Program-made: the position numbers and the translations under genes
Part shown: positions 26,340 through 40,277 of the stretch, piece by piece
How the letters are laid out: each line of letters begins with the position of its first letter
Position numbering within the stretch: the first letter of the stretch is position 1
Notes under the pieces: model-generated
What the model saw: only the letters and a program-made list of their open reading frames with translations
Database searches by the model: none
Told to the model about the DNA's origin: nothing
NCBI GenBank assembly: GCA_051362555.1
Contig: CM120649.1
Span: 5,270,001 to 5,334,000, forward strand
From: Lingula anatina
Lineage: Eukaryota; Animalia; Brachiopoda
Length of the DNA stretch: 64,000 bases
Direction of reading: 5' to 3'

Positions 26340-27093
26340 CGCGCCTGCTAGAGAGTCGTCGGTGTGTGGGTGTACGTAACTAAAAAAGAACTGGCGTTAA
26401 TTTGTCGTTTATAACTATCTTTAGATCTATATGACCAGTGGATGGAGGACAGAGACTGTTGGGAAAATGACGGCGCTGTATGTCAGCATGACGGCCTGTA
26501 TTGCAGTGGGCATTACGAGACAGGACTATGTGGAGGGGGTAGAAGTCGAAGGTGCTGTATTCCCGGCCGTGGTGTGTATACTGACATCTCCTTATAATTT
26601 GTTTTCTTTCTTTAAGTCCTGCACAAACTCTAGAATATCGGTAGGAGTAACGATATTTTGAGACCATTATCTCATGATAATTCTTTACTGGTAGCTTGGT
26701 CAGTTATTTCATAACTGAATCTCGATATTTTTTCCGTGATGTTCTGTATGCCTTTAGCTGACGTGGAAGGAACACAGGACGGGAGCATTACAGAGTTTGA
26801 AAATATATATAATTTTGTTGACTTTTCCTTTGCTTTGTTTTGTTTTGTTAAGTACCTGTACGTGTGCACAGCGCCTGAGACTTCTTAATAGATACTTTTT
26901 TAATAACAGAAACATCAAAATATCTTAATTCTCCTTTTATTCACTTCTGTTCTCAGCGGACAGATTGTGCCTACAGGAGCGGGGCAGATGCCAGTTCCAA
27001 GGAGAAACATATTGCCCTTTTCCCTATGCAACAGGTATATGTGGCGGACCATCACGCAGAATGTGTTGTGTACACCGCGCGCTTCCGCCCTAA
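26125..27093 (+). CDS. Beta-defensin-like 6-Cys secreted peptide (70 aa precursor), copy B, 2 coding exons
   Basis: Exons 26125-26200 (MNRVSAIIYLVAVAIATREMLFVQA, donor GTAAGA, phase 1) and 26957-27093 (ADRLCLQERGRCQFQGETYCPFPYATGICGGPSRRMCCVHRALPP*). A probable non-coding first exon ends at CAG|GTAGGC (25823), with an acceptor at 26103. Confidence 0.88.
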
Positions 27094-28654
27094 CTGCGCA
27101 TGTTCAACTCATTAAGCAACCTAGCGTTGCGCAATTTCGCGAGCTTCATTTGAATTCAATTTTAGCGCTTTAAAGAAACCAAAGGGTGTACGAAATATTT
27201 CTAAAGGCTAAAGTTCTATATAAAGGTCTTCCTCCTCATCACGGCTGTAGAGCTATGTTTCGGCAATAAAAATCATCTTTGTTTTATATATTTCGTTTTG
27301 TCGTAAATGGTGAGGTGAGTGCGTGCGTGATTGCCATCGTGACGGAAATGGAACGCATGCTGAGATTGTGAAATTTTAGCAAATACAAAATGAGGGAACC
27401 ATCAATCACAGAATTGAATATTAGAATTTACAACCATCTAAGGCCGGACCCAAACCTTTTGGTGCCCCCATTACCCATTAAATAAATATTGTTTTATACT
27501 TCTCTCATAGGGGAGACCGGGGGTAGTTGGACCCCGGGGTAAGTTACCCCCCCCCCCCCCCCCCCCCATCAATTTATAACTATGGGGTAAAAGAATTGAT
27601 CATCATTTTGTAAAGTGACCGTATCCAATAGTGCTAAGAAAGCGTCGGCAGTAGTCCAAATGAAATAATTTAGCATCTTAAAGTAACTTTTTACTCTGGC
27701 TGCTTGACCCTCGTATCCTAAACACGTGCTTATTTTGCTTTTACATAAATCTGACCCTGGTTTATAACATTAAAAAGAAAGAAAATTATCATTTATCACT
27801 TTTCAGAACTTTTGGAATAAAATCATTAAGCAGGACTAAAGCGAAGCACACAACTGAAGAAAAAAGACAACTTTTTCATCGCACAAAAAAAGAAAAAAAT
27901 ATTTGCAAGTTTTTTCCCTTATCAGAGTTTATTACTGCAATACAATAATCAACCATAACTCAAGCGCAAAGCACCAGCTATAAAAATACTTCATTTCAAC
28001 AAATAACAGTAATGTCAAATGAAATGGCATTATCTTTGTTTACCGCTGATACGTTTATAACTGTGGAAGATCCATGCTCTCCTATCGTTTCAGATCAGAC
28101 CACGGTACCTATGAGTAAAAACAAAAAGGCAATAGTAAGAGAGACTGTTCTTAGGTGTTTTATATGTTATAAATGCCTACGTTTAGCAAAATATCTCCCC
28201 CTCACCTTCCGTTACCTTTACGTAGAATATTTGTATTAGTGCAATGAATAAAACCCTTTTAAAGTGCAAACTTACTTCCTTTTGTCTTTTTTTTACCACT
28301 TTGCGCGTTTCTGCACACAGGGCGACCGAACACTTATCGACAATGTGCTTTTATTTTTAACTAAGCTTCTTTGTAAATCGGTGTGAGAAATTGGTCGGTT
28401 TCTGACGTACAAACGGTACAAAGTAAGATATATCATAAAATGTTGGAGTCAGCACTGTGACTATTAATTGAGTGGTACACGTACATGTAGGCCTATCGGT
28501 ACATTCCACCAAATTGCAGTCCATACATACATGTATCATTATTTAATGAAATAAATCAGCCAACTTCGTTCCTAGACATAAAATGGTATTTTAAATCATT
28601 TTAATTCTATATCAGCCTTGCCTACAAACGGTAGGCCTACCTTTTTTATTCATT

Positions 28655-29931
28655 TCAAAAGAACTGTTTGACGTCCCGTTCACTGGCCATCTGTCGGTTT
28701 CCGGACGTACTGCGCCTGCGCCGCCATCCAGAGTTCAGATCGGCCATGTCGCCAACATCCACGTCCTCCTTCAGCGAGTGTCCGCGGTTGGTGCTCTGGT
28801 ATAGGGGAAGGGGATAGTCCAAGTAATCTTTAAAATAAATATGCTTTTAAAATTTTTTTCAATCCAACAGAATGGATGAGTGTGCATGCCAGTTTTTCAT
28901 TGCTGTGGTCAAAGTGAAAAGCTCCCAATTGGTAACATATTTCAAAATATCAATTACAATTTTGCGTGCTGGTCATTCCCTTTCAGATATATAAGGTATT
29001 CCAAATGTAATCGATGACTTATGGACTTTCTATTATAGAATGATTTACTTTTTAAGTCAATCTGAGATCGGTTAAGGAAAGATTAGAGTATTGTACTGGT
29101 GTCTTTAGTGTATGCACCGTTCGTAGTTTGTTACCAACAATTAAAGAACACTCTATCTTACAAGAGATGAGAGGGACAAGATTTTCCGGAGTAAGTCCGC
29201 CCTGGTGCAAAGTGTAATAGTGGGTGAAATGATATCGACACCTTGCATACATGTCGCACGAGGGAATTTAATTTTAATATGACCTTAAAGAGATAATAAC
29301 TTTTCGTTTTGGCCAAAAAATGAATTTTCCTGGAGTAAACAACAATTTTCCCATACTTACCAATGGTTAATGAATCCATTTTTACATTCAAAGTTAGTCC
29401 TTGGTTTTTTTTCTAAAAAGTTTGTTTTTTGTTATGATCTCTTAAGAGATTATAACAGAGTATAGCCATCAATGGAGGTCATGTGGTCTAAAGACAAGCT
29501 CAGATATCAGCATAATAGCCATAACTGCAGTTTTTGTGGTAAAACAGAATATATTATATTTCTATGAGTTGTTCACAATGTTTTGATTGTGAAATATAGA
29601 TCTCATTCGAAGAGTTATTATCCCTTTAACGTAAACCAAAGGCCAAGGGATCATTTTCAAACCACCAGTCCTGAGAGCGTGATATTTATTATAGGTTACG
29701 AAACAAACATCTTTTTTCTTTAGCATTCCCTTGTATTGAGTTTCCGTAACGTTAACTTGATAACCAATCAGCAAGTTGAAAATACATTAAAATACAGATA
29801 TAACAAATAATTGTCATTTCAAAAAGTGTACAGAACTTACTTCTCTTCCTTTCGACATTTTCCGCCTCAACTGTCAATAACACAGTCAACGTCAGGATTA
29901 CAAGACAGCAGATCTCGGACAATCTTGCCAT
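28655..29931 (-). CDS. Secreted prepropeptide (87 aa), copy B, 2 exons
   Basis: Exons 29931-29841 (MARLSEICCLVILTLTVLLTVEAENVERKR) and 28827-28655. The exon 2 protein is identical to copy A. The acceptor here is AAG instead of CAG. Confidence 0.85.
29289..29625 (-). mobile_element. Kolobok-like MITE (same family as 11946-12283) in the prepropeptide B intron
   Basis: Inverted copy flanked by TTAA on both sides. Absent at the matching copy A site (~3297). Confidence 0.8.
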
Positions 29932-30501
29932 TGGAAGTTCGTGTCAATTACCAACTAGGTGTCTCTAACGCTTGTTCTCTTCAGCTGAAGTATAGCCGCC
30001 TGTAACAACGGCGATTACCAGCTCTCTTTATATATACCGTAGCGAGGTTCATTCGACATCGTGCAGCCTAATTATCCGTAAGGTAAAAATTATAACGGCC
30101 GGCTGAGCCGTGTAATTTTGATTGAAAATCTTACTTGGTGATTATATTTGAACAATTCTAAATAGCTACAGCAATTGATGCGTTCGGTCAGATATGCGTA
30201 TAAAAAGATTTTTGTATATTATACATATTGTAATTTCTACGTTGTATTAGTTCAACTGACTGCTTAGATATCTTATTATTTCACGAGAGTAAGTACACCC
30301 TGGAGTCGTATTACTTTAAATCAGATAATTGTAATAGCGAAATGATCTGCAACCGCCGTTAATGAAGTGAGTAACTTTTTATTTTAAGCCATAGTTTCAA
30401 GCCAAACAGACCTTGAAAAAAACATAAATGAGGAGAAAATTAATTTGGAAAATCAAGCCAGTGATGAAACCTCTTAAACGTCGTGTCATGCATCAAGTTG
30501 A

Positions 30502-30576
<75 letters not shown>

Positions 30577-31230
30577 AAAAGTGGGGTCGTCTTATATATG
30601 CTCTCCACGCCTATAAATTCTGCTAATATATATTTATTCTAAATCGCCAACTGCAGCTAATGGAGGCATGTGAATTCTTCCCACCCAAAACAGTGGGCGA
30701 TGTGCTGCAGAACTTACTGGGAAGTCTGTTAAAGAGGTAATACACATTAGAAAATGAATAGGGCATGGGATGAAATGAGATAATCAGAATTCATGCGAAC
30801 GTGAAAGTGAAATGCACTTAGATTTTTTCTGAGATTGCACCGCCGTTTTAATGTCACAGCCGAACAGGGAGGGTTTCCAGTCATAGGGGTTAAATATGTG
30901 CGTACCTGCACGCGCGCGCGCGCGCGCGTGTGTGTATGTGTTGGTGGGGGGGGGGGGGGGGCACAATTGTGTTCGTTGTCACAGCTAGTGCAATGCTGTA
31001 TGTGGTGACATACGGAACAGCGGCACTGGGGTATAAGTGCTGTATGTAAACAAGGTAAAATTTGGTTGAATTTCAAGGAAGACGATTTTGGTAAAAAGTT
31101 AAGAGATTATCTCAAATGCACTGGCACACTATACGCGTTTGAGAATTGCCCAAAATTCTATTTTCTGTCCTCATCTTCCTTATCTTCCTAATTCAGACCT
31201 AAAAAGCTATACCCCCCAAAAAATAAATAA

Positions 31231-31269
<39 letters not shown>

Positions 31270-31661
31270 ATGAATAAAGGTATTTGACGTCGACAGAGCC
31301 TTCTGAAATGTTCTGTAAGACATGGTTTTCTTAATGACTGTCCAGCTTCTCGCAAACAGAAACTAATGTCGTCTCTGATAATTAGAAACTAGAATCGTTT
31401 ATGCGTAGGGGGAGTGCAGGGAGGGGGGGTGACCTATGCCGTCGAACAATTTGATAGTTCGCGGAGTAAAAAACCCGGACTCTCCTTGGTGTCTTGCCTT
31501 ACTGTACGTTGTTTTTTTTATAAGATTTAATCTTATTTTCAAAACCTGGCATCAAGAAATTAAATTGGTTGATGAATGGGTCAGGGGAAGATGGCTAGCT
31601 GGTCAAATGATGAATCCATGGAGGTTCCTGGGTGTCAAGAAGCAATAAATGTCAATGATCG

Positions 31662-31699
<38 letters not shown>

Positions 31700-31949
31700 T
31701 AATTAGGAAGACGAATTATCTTTCTCATCTACATGTTTATATTTCACAGAACACTGTGAAATGCACCGTTTCCAATTTCGTCAACCAATCAGAAAAAAAA
31801 TCATTAATACATAAATTCGAGATTAAAATGATCGATAGAATAGAATCAAAAGCAACGTATGGACTACCGGCATGAACACTCCAGCTACGATGCCAAATCA
31901 AAGTTTATTTCTTAAAACGTCGATATTAGACATAATATCATGAAAACAT

Positions 31950-34900
31950 CTAAGCATCTAAATCTTGACCCTCGATAATGTAAAGTATTCTGCGATGGCC
32001 GTCCCAACATTTCTTGGTCCCGGTGCCGTCGCAGATGTCGAAGTAATAGACCCACTTGTTTCTGCGTTTGTAGGCCTTGAGCCTCAAAGAGTGAGAGTGT
32101 CCCATGGACTCGCTTGTCACCACGAACATGTACTTGCCTTGTTTCAGTTCCTAAAAAATATGAATCAAAATCAATTTTTAAGAAATTTGACGATGACACC
32201 ATCTTTTGAAATATACAGTAAGGCATCTGTTTAAAATGTGTTTAAAATGACTGTTTCAAACCCAACTCTGGCGACCAGAAACTAGTGTTGATCTTAAAAC
32301 CCGACTGTGATTCTCAGAAGTTTTACTTTGGTTTAATAAAATTTAATCCTAAAAATCACAACAGCGGACTAACAGATCCGCGGACTAAATATGGCTGATC
32401 CACTTAAAAGCAATACTGCTTATTCCTTGATGGCCTCCCCGCCTCCATACAGGCCGACACTGCAGGGGCCTAGCAATTAAAACTTGGAGCCGATAATTCA
32501 TCAATTTGATGGCGCGTGTAGAGGCGGGGAGACCATCAGGAGATTCGGACGATTTGCTTTTTAGTGGGGTCGGCCATATTTAGTCGGCGGATCAGTTAAT
32601 CCGTGAATCATCTGTTCTTAATGCACTCAATGCGACCATACCTCGATGTCTTCAGCGGACAGACGGATTGTATGAGTGTGTTCGTTCCCACTCGGCGTGG
32701 AGGTTTCCAGGAGCATATCTGAGGCCACCGTCTTGTTGAGGTTGGAAAGCATGACCGAGTTGACACCGACCGGAAGTTCGTTGTACATAGAAAGGTACCT
32801 GGGCTGTTCCATGACCAGGTCCTTCAGAGCAGACAGTTCCTTCCAAGTAGCCTGGCCTTCAGCGTGGATGGGCATGACGGGGTACCTGGAATATTTTGGG
32901 AGCATTAATAAATACAAGCATCTTGTTTATTAGTTTTGAGAACCAGTACGACAATGGTTACATTAATATCATTTATAGGTACTAGTATATCGAGTGCACT
33001 ATTGCCACTAAGGGCGCATTCAGAAACAGTTGACTAACTAGTACACGGATCAAATATGGCACCACCCGCTTGACAGCTTGCAGAGATTTAGTTGCTGTGC
33101 TCCTGCTGGAACAGCGCGCTTTGGAGGCGGGAATCCATTGTCATGTGCGCGCCATATTTGATCTGCGGACTTGTTAGTCCGCGGACCAACCGGTTGTGAA
33201 AGCGGCCTAAGATAGTACATCACCCACAGAATAAAGCATAGGGACTCCCTCACCTTGTTCTCAGGCGGCCAATACCCTCTATTTCCGGTAGCACAATCTT
33301 GGTACCAGACGAGGTTACACGGCGCACGTCGCCATTCTTATCCAAGACGCCGACAATCCCTTTAGACGTATCAGCAGAATCCTTTTCCGTGGTTGTCCCG
33401 GAGAAGAATTCGGCGGGGGTCTGGTAGTAGTATTTACTGGCAGTGCCGTTGAAAGCTCTGTCCTTTTCAATGCCACCATTTCGTCCTGCATATGTCACCA
33501 CACGGGCTTCTTTCGATCCAGTTTTCCCTTTGAATTCTATGTCATAAGGGTTCCAGCGATAGAGGGGCGTCATGTAGATTACTTCTAGCGGAACGGCGTA
33601 GGTCCATCTTTGAGTGTAGGTCTTGCAAACCCTCCTTTTGCAAGATTTGACGGTCATGGGGGCGACTTGTGGTTGGGTTGTCATGGCCATGAAAATGTTG
33701 GTGTCGGCGTACCCACGATGTTGAGACGACGTACCCATGGCATCTTTATCAGTGGTGCGAAAATAGCGATGATAGTAGGCCACGTTTATGGGCTTGGAGT
33801 CCTTAGCGTAGTACTCATAGGCTGTGGATTCGAAGGCGTCATCGGTCAGGTTCCCGGCATAGTTGTTTTTACCTGGAATCTCTTCCATCAGTTGGTCCAA
33901 GAGGCCATAGCTTGAAGTGCGCTCGCTCCACGTGTTACTGTCGCGTGGGTTGATCTGGAAACGAGCGGCGCGAGACATGGAGTGGAGGCCGATTCTTCGT
34001 TTGTAGGACATACGTGCCGCCAGGTCGTCGACGACACGAAGACGATTCAGAGGGAGATCCCGTTTGAGAGGGTGGCATGCAATACGGTAGTTCCATTGCG
34101 CAACCTTGTCAGAAAATTAAAAAGCATGACAAATATTTGCCTAAGTTGACAAACAATCCAATAATTTCTCAACCCAAATTTAATAGTGTAATAGCAGTTT
34201 AACGTCACAAAGCAAAAGTCTGCTTAACAAAAGTACTTAAAATAAATGTCGACGCATTTCACAAAATTAATTCATTGCTTAATTACGTTAATCTGCAAAG
34301 TGTTTGGACATATGTTTTTCATCAACGGGTGTGCTTTGAATAGATTGATCAAGCTTCCCTCCCTTTTTACTGAATAGAATGCCGGATCGCCTCCAACTCT
34401 ATCCCAAAGGGGAAAAACACTGCTACATATCAAAAATTGCTTATGATCTGTAATTATCATCAAAAGTATTTTCTTAATAGATAGAAGGTGGGTTGTGGGT
34501 GGTAAGAACAAACTAGGAGCCCCCACCCCCACCCTGTTTTGAAATTTCGGGATCCGACCACATTACCTGAGGAATGGTTCCGTTCAACAAGTTCATCACG
34601 GTGGTCGGCAGATAGGCATAGTTCTCCAGGCTACTCTTTCTGCCCGTATATGACGTGAAGCGGATCTTTTCCTGAAGATCGAACCAGCTGGTAGCATCGA
34701 TGTGGTGACGGTCGCTGCTGAACGGCTCATCCAAGGACTTTGAGTTGGTTGTCCAGGCGCCTTCCAAGTAACACAGCGTGGGTTTGAAGTATGGCCTAAA
34801 ATTGGAAACAAGCATTACATTTGGTTGTCATTGAAATGCTTTTCATCGGGTCTGATTTAGTGGTTCTGACAAAGTTTGAAGTGTGTTTGCAATGGTGGGA

Positions 34901-37041
34901 TGCAGACCTGCTGTAGGAACATAATGTCAAAGGAGTACTACAGAGACCCAGGTTTGGTTGTCCAGCAACGTTCCTACAAACAGCTGGCTAGAGGTCCCTT
35001 CGTTATGCTTTGCGCAAACACTCATTTTAGCCCAAACTGTTTCAGCGATCAGTGAAACTATAATTTAGTTTTTTGTCTCGATTCTAATTCTTTCAACCAC
35101 TGCCTCTTCATTCTCCTTCGTCTTGAAACTCACATAATTACCTATAAGATCTTCAAATCGCGCTCTCACATCCTGCTGTCTCTGAAACCACACCATTCCC
35201 TACCTGTAGTCTCTCTTTGAGTAATCCTGGTTGGCCCAAGCCTTGAACCACTCCCTCATCTCAGTGATCTGCTCCTGAACGGTGGCCTTCTTCAGAACCG
35301 CTGGTGGTACTTGGGGGAAAGGCACGTCCTCCACGGCGTGGTACGCCGTGCTGGTACGATGGGGCATCCTTAGGCCGTAATCGTTGTGGCGGGTACGGAA
35401 CTCGACGCCGTTCAGGACGGCAATGAATTCTCCCATGCCTTAAAGTGGAAAGAGAATATAAGCAAATAGAGACAAAAGGAAAACTGTCACATTACACGTG
35501 AATTAAACGAGCACAAAATAGGAAAGACCGGATTAAGGCCGCTTGGTGCCCTGAGCAAGCCAAACACCACGGCCCATTACTCATTAAAATCCCATTGCTT
35601 TACACCTCTTTTACATTTTTCTATTTTTTTGATCTGGTATCCAATTGTCGATTTCTTAATTTTTTCGAAACATCTCCCCTTTTTACCTCCACCAAGGAGG
35701 TTATGTTTTCACCCCTGTCTGTTTGATTGTCATCAACATAACTTAAAAAGTTACGGACTGATATTATTGAAAGTTTCAGGGTAGGTGGGAAATGGGTTAA
35801 CTTAGAAGTGATTAGTTTTTGGTGGTGATCCGGATTAATAATCAATGAATAATCAATAATAATCAAAAATCGCTGCCTTGGCAGAGGTCTGCGCTCTCGG
35901 AGTGCTTTTCTGGTATATAAATATTTTCACAGACAGCGTGGTGTTCGCTTGTAGTCTTCTTGTCCGTCTTACCGACAGTTCTGTAGTTGTTGGCGTGGTC
36001 GTGGACACTGAGGAAGCGGCTGCCCACATAGCTAGGTGCATGGTAAGCCTTGGTCCCTCCTGAGGACACTCGGATCTGAAACAGAAGTAGTTGTTTGCAC
36101 ATTGCCAAGGTGTCTGGGGCCATCAATAAAAGTTTTTTTTTAACTTGCGTTGAAATGCACTCACGTACAGAGTGGCTCCGATTTACAGAGTGAAATGTGT
36201 GCAGCTTATCCATTGAGCTATGGATAAGATGTATACATTTCACTCTGTAAATCAGGATATCAAATATGTATACATTTAAAGTGAACAACGTAACGCTTCT
36301 CATTCTTAACTCAGCACCAGTCTGCATACGTCTGCATACGTTACATTTCCAGGAAAAGTTACAGAACTCTGGCTAACGACTTTCTTAATACACTTTACTC
36401 TACTGGTACATCAGAATAAAATATTATTATTTCAGGTACGGAATCCTTTGGGTGTTCCGACGTCGCCGATTCGCAGTTGTTTATGGTCTTGGCTCGAAAG
36501 CTATTTTAACTAAACAAGTGCCTGGTGTTGAAGCCTACGTGGAATTATATGTATATGCTTTATAAATTTATGACAGTATCAGGCAAAACTATAATAATGC
36601 TTTGTATGCATAAGACTAAGGTGATAGTAAACGGTATATTATTCCCAAAGTTGGCTGAAACATCAAGGTACTGTCTTAAAACGTCTTAACTGGGCTACAA
36701 TTGTACCTTATGTAAGACCGCAGATCAGGATAACTGTAAAACCAATCATGACGTTAAAATGACCGTGTGAAAACTAGCAGGTGTTTTACGTCATGTGTTT
36801 AAACGTGACGCAGTAGCGGGCGCGTTCGTGTCAACGCCACCCCCGGCGACTGTTATCTATTTAATCTCTGTGTCATGTTCACCTGTTTGATACCAGAGTC
36901 ACCCTCGGATCGAATGCGCTCCTCCATGTTCAGCTGTTGTAACATCAGCTGTCTGGAGAGGGTACCAATGGTCCCAGTCATTTGCTGCAAAATAAATGAT
37001 AGTTAGTAGAGAAGGAATGTATTTGCCGTTCACCAAATTCA

Positions 37042-37085
<44 letters not shown>

Positions 37086-37527
37086 GGAGAGAGGGAGGGT
37101 GAGAGGGAGAGAGAGAATCTTGTTTCTTGCCACTGTTTCTTTTATCTGGCATAACATTAACCAAGACAGCGAGAAAAAGCTGCTGTGTTTCCAATATAAA
37201 TCACAAGACTGCATTTTAATTAGATTTTTTTTCTCGCAACAGTTTCTTTTAACTGGCATAAAACTAACCAAAACATTAAAGCGATTAAAAAATGCTGTGT
37301 TTGAAACTAAATCCGAGACTGCAATATAATTTTTTTCTAGATTTAGCTCAACGGCAAATACATAATTATACATAACGCGCACCATCAGATCACCGTACCT
37401 CCACAGTTTTCTTTAATTCATTCATTTGGTCCACGACACTCTCCAGTGTTGGCGGGGCCTTGGTGGTCACTGGTTTCCTGGCCGCCTGAGCGAGGCTCAG
37501 TACTACACACAACGCCAACAGCTTCAT
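31950..37527 (-). CDS. Uncharacterised secreted protein (697 aa), copy B, 8 coding exons
   Basis: Exons 37527-37399, 36984-36883, 36075-35973, 35438-35204, 34795-34567, 34104-33254, 32885-32642, 32150-31950. Exon lengths match copy A except for a 3-aa C-terminal extension, and the frame is intact. Confidence 0.92.
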
Positions 37528-40277
37528 GGTGACAAGGATGAACCTAAAAGCATCCATTATAATTATCAGGGGCAGATCCAGAGATATTTTCTGGCAATCT
37601 TCCAAATTATCTTTACTGGTCCATTCTCCATTTTTGACTGTCTTCTGAAAAAATTAGATGCCCGTTAATGGAAACTTGAAAAATTCTGACTGTCTTTCGG
37701 AAGACCCAGAAGACGGCCTCCGTCCACCTTTGATTATAATAACTGAGAGTTTCCGTAAAACTGGATCACCGCTGCTGGGATGAGTGAACCCTATTCATCT
37801 CTATCGTTCATACATAGATTGGCGAGCGAAGACTTTACAGATACAGATGACTGATTAATACATGTAAAACGAAATACAAACTGCCAGGTTTTACATACAC
37901 CATGTAAATATAGAGGTAAAACGAAATATAAACCGCCATATATAAGGCTATTATGTTTGTGGTTATCTCTGCTTTCGTAAGAATTTCAAATGTTCATTTA
38001 TGATGTAAGAATTTGGTTTAGTTGATAAGTTGATAAAATTATGATACAGTAGATGTGCCTGGAGGCGAAAGCACGCATCAAGTATTAGCAATCTTGGAAT
38101 TTGATTTAAAAAAATATAGAAAATCGAATCTTCTGACGGCAAAACACAATTGTCTTTATATATGCAAGCATACCTCACATCCATGTTTGCCAGAAACAAT
38201 AGTTGTACTCCAGAATGTTTTTTTGCAGAAAATTATTTTAGTTCAAAAAATCGCTGCTATGAATGTATCTAGAGCTAAAGAATGGACCAAATTACTCGTC
38301 TAAAATTTAGAACAGGTTCTGCTGTTAAACCGGCATTGGCCCTATTATGCTCTTGCTATTTCATATATATCAAACATCTTTCAGCATATCTGACAACTAC
38401 AAACTTACGTGGACCACGACAATGACACCAATCGTCGAAGTGAGTTAAACATGTCACATATGTATTGTACAGTCTGCCGACTTCGGGCAATTCCGTTCTG
38501 CGCCAAACGTGAGATGATTGGTTATTGGAAATACGGAATCAGCCGAGTGGCCTTGACATAACACACGAGTCAAGGTTGTGTTATAGGACAAATGCGAAAA
38601 ATCAGACCACGTGCGTGAAAGCAACAGATGCGCTGAGGAGGAAGAACTCGGTACATGAGGAAGGGGGGATAAATTCAGTACAAAAGATGACGAGTTTGGG
38701 TGAGAAGTCGTATAAAGGACATCACGTTGTTTCGCTGGAAATACCCTGGAAATTTGACTACCCGACTTGTTCCAAACCTTTGCAAAATGTATCTTCATTT
38801 GCGAGACAATTAAAATAAAATGTGTGATAGCAATCAGCACCCCTTTTAGTGTTCTAGATTTTGAGCCTCAGGAGTTGGCACCGTTCAAGTCGCGTTTCAA
38901 GTAGTAACTTTTTATTGAAATTGTGTTATTTTCAGTTATGGGTCTTCAAGTTATAATAAATCTGCCAGTGTATTTGATAAACTGCATATATCATTCCTTT
39001 TACAGTTTATGGTCTGGTTTAAACTGGTTTACTTTAGTAGTTTATCTGGATTGTCATTTTTCTAGTTTGAAGCTTGGCCGTTTTACCTGAATGACACATT
39101 AAGATACAGAGACGCAGCCATTCTGCAGTTGTTTTCAGATGTTCAAAGTTGGCCTCTCACGGTGACTACATGTTTATAACAAAAAATATAGTTTTACACT
39201 TAAAATGTTAATAAAATAAAATGTTGAAAGATCATATGTGAATTAAATAAAGTGATATTAAAAATGATATATTTTTATTGAAATGCCTGAACTTAAAAGT
39301 ATAAATTTCACCTATATTTTAAAGGGGCACATGGGATTAATGAGTAATTAAACGGCCAATTTTAGGCTTAACTAAAGTTAATTTCAAATTGTTGCTATTT
39401 CTTTGCTGCTCTGCATAAAATTTACTGTGGCACTAGTGTTAGTATAGAGAAAAATCTATACATATTGTTTATCGTTTGAAAAAATTAAGGAAAGACTCTT
39501 ATAAATTACAAATGAAGAAGAAAGATATTTATTATTTCATCCGCTCTGTCGTGCAAAAATCAAGTGTAGTCTTCCGCTCCAGCCATACAGTGCACTATTG
39601 TCAGGAAAGTCGTGCGTGACAGGAATCGCAGTCCGTTACCCATTACTTTGTACAGGTGACATCCGTCCCATATACTAACCCCGACTAACCCTAACCTGTA
39701 CTAACCATATGGGACCCCGACTTCCATTCCTGTCACACCGGCACATAAACTCTCAAATCCTCACTCGTAATCATCATTTTTATTGATACTCAGAATGCAG
39801 CACATACCGTACCGCCATCGTGTTATAATTTAAATGATTGAGAGATTATGTCACTGTAAAAAGTCCAGCGTCTTGGCATGGATTGTTATTAATATCTATG
39901 ATAGCTTGCAGCTTAGCAAATACGTATACAAATGGTTATGTTACAAATAATCTCGATATAATGTACCTTTCCCTATCTGCCTGATACAAAATTTCTGTCC
40001 CTCCTCCTGTATATCTCTCCCATCTAAACAATACACGAAAAAGTTATAAAGCATACACAGTGATTGTCATTTAAAGAAAAGGCTTTGGTTTAAAAAAAAA
40101 AAGAGTTTTACAACTCTACTCGACTCTAATTCCTTCCGAATTACGTGGTTCCCAAATTATATTTGAACTTAGTCGAACTTCAGTTTGACTTACAATTGCG
40201 CACATGAAGCTACAGAAAGGCCATGATTGTATCATAAAGCGACTTCTCTTTTAATTACAGATTTTTTTTTTTTATAT

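Larger units (their letters stand above)
26210..39370. repeat. Segmental tandem duplication, copy B (portion alignable to copy A within the window)
   Basis: Direct, colinear homology to 1-23050, including introns and intergenic DNA. Confidence 0.95.
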
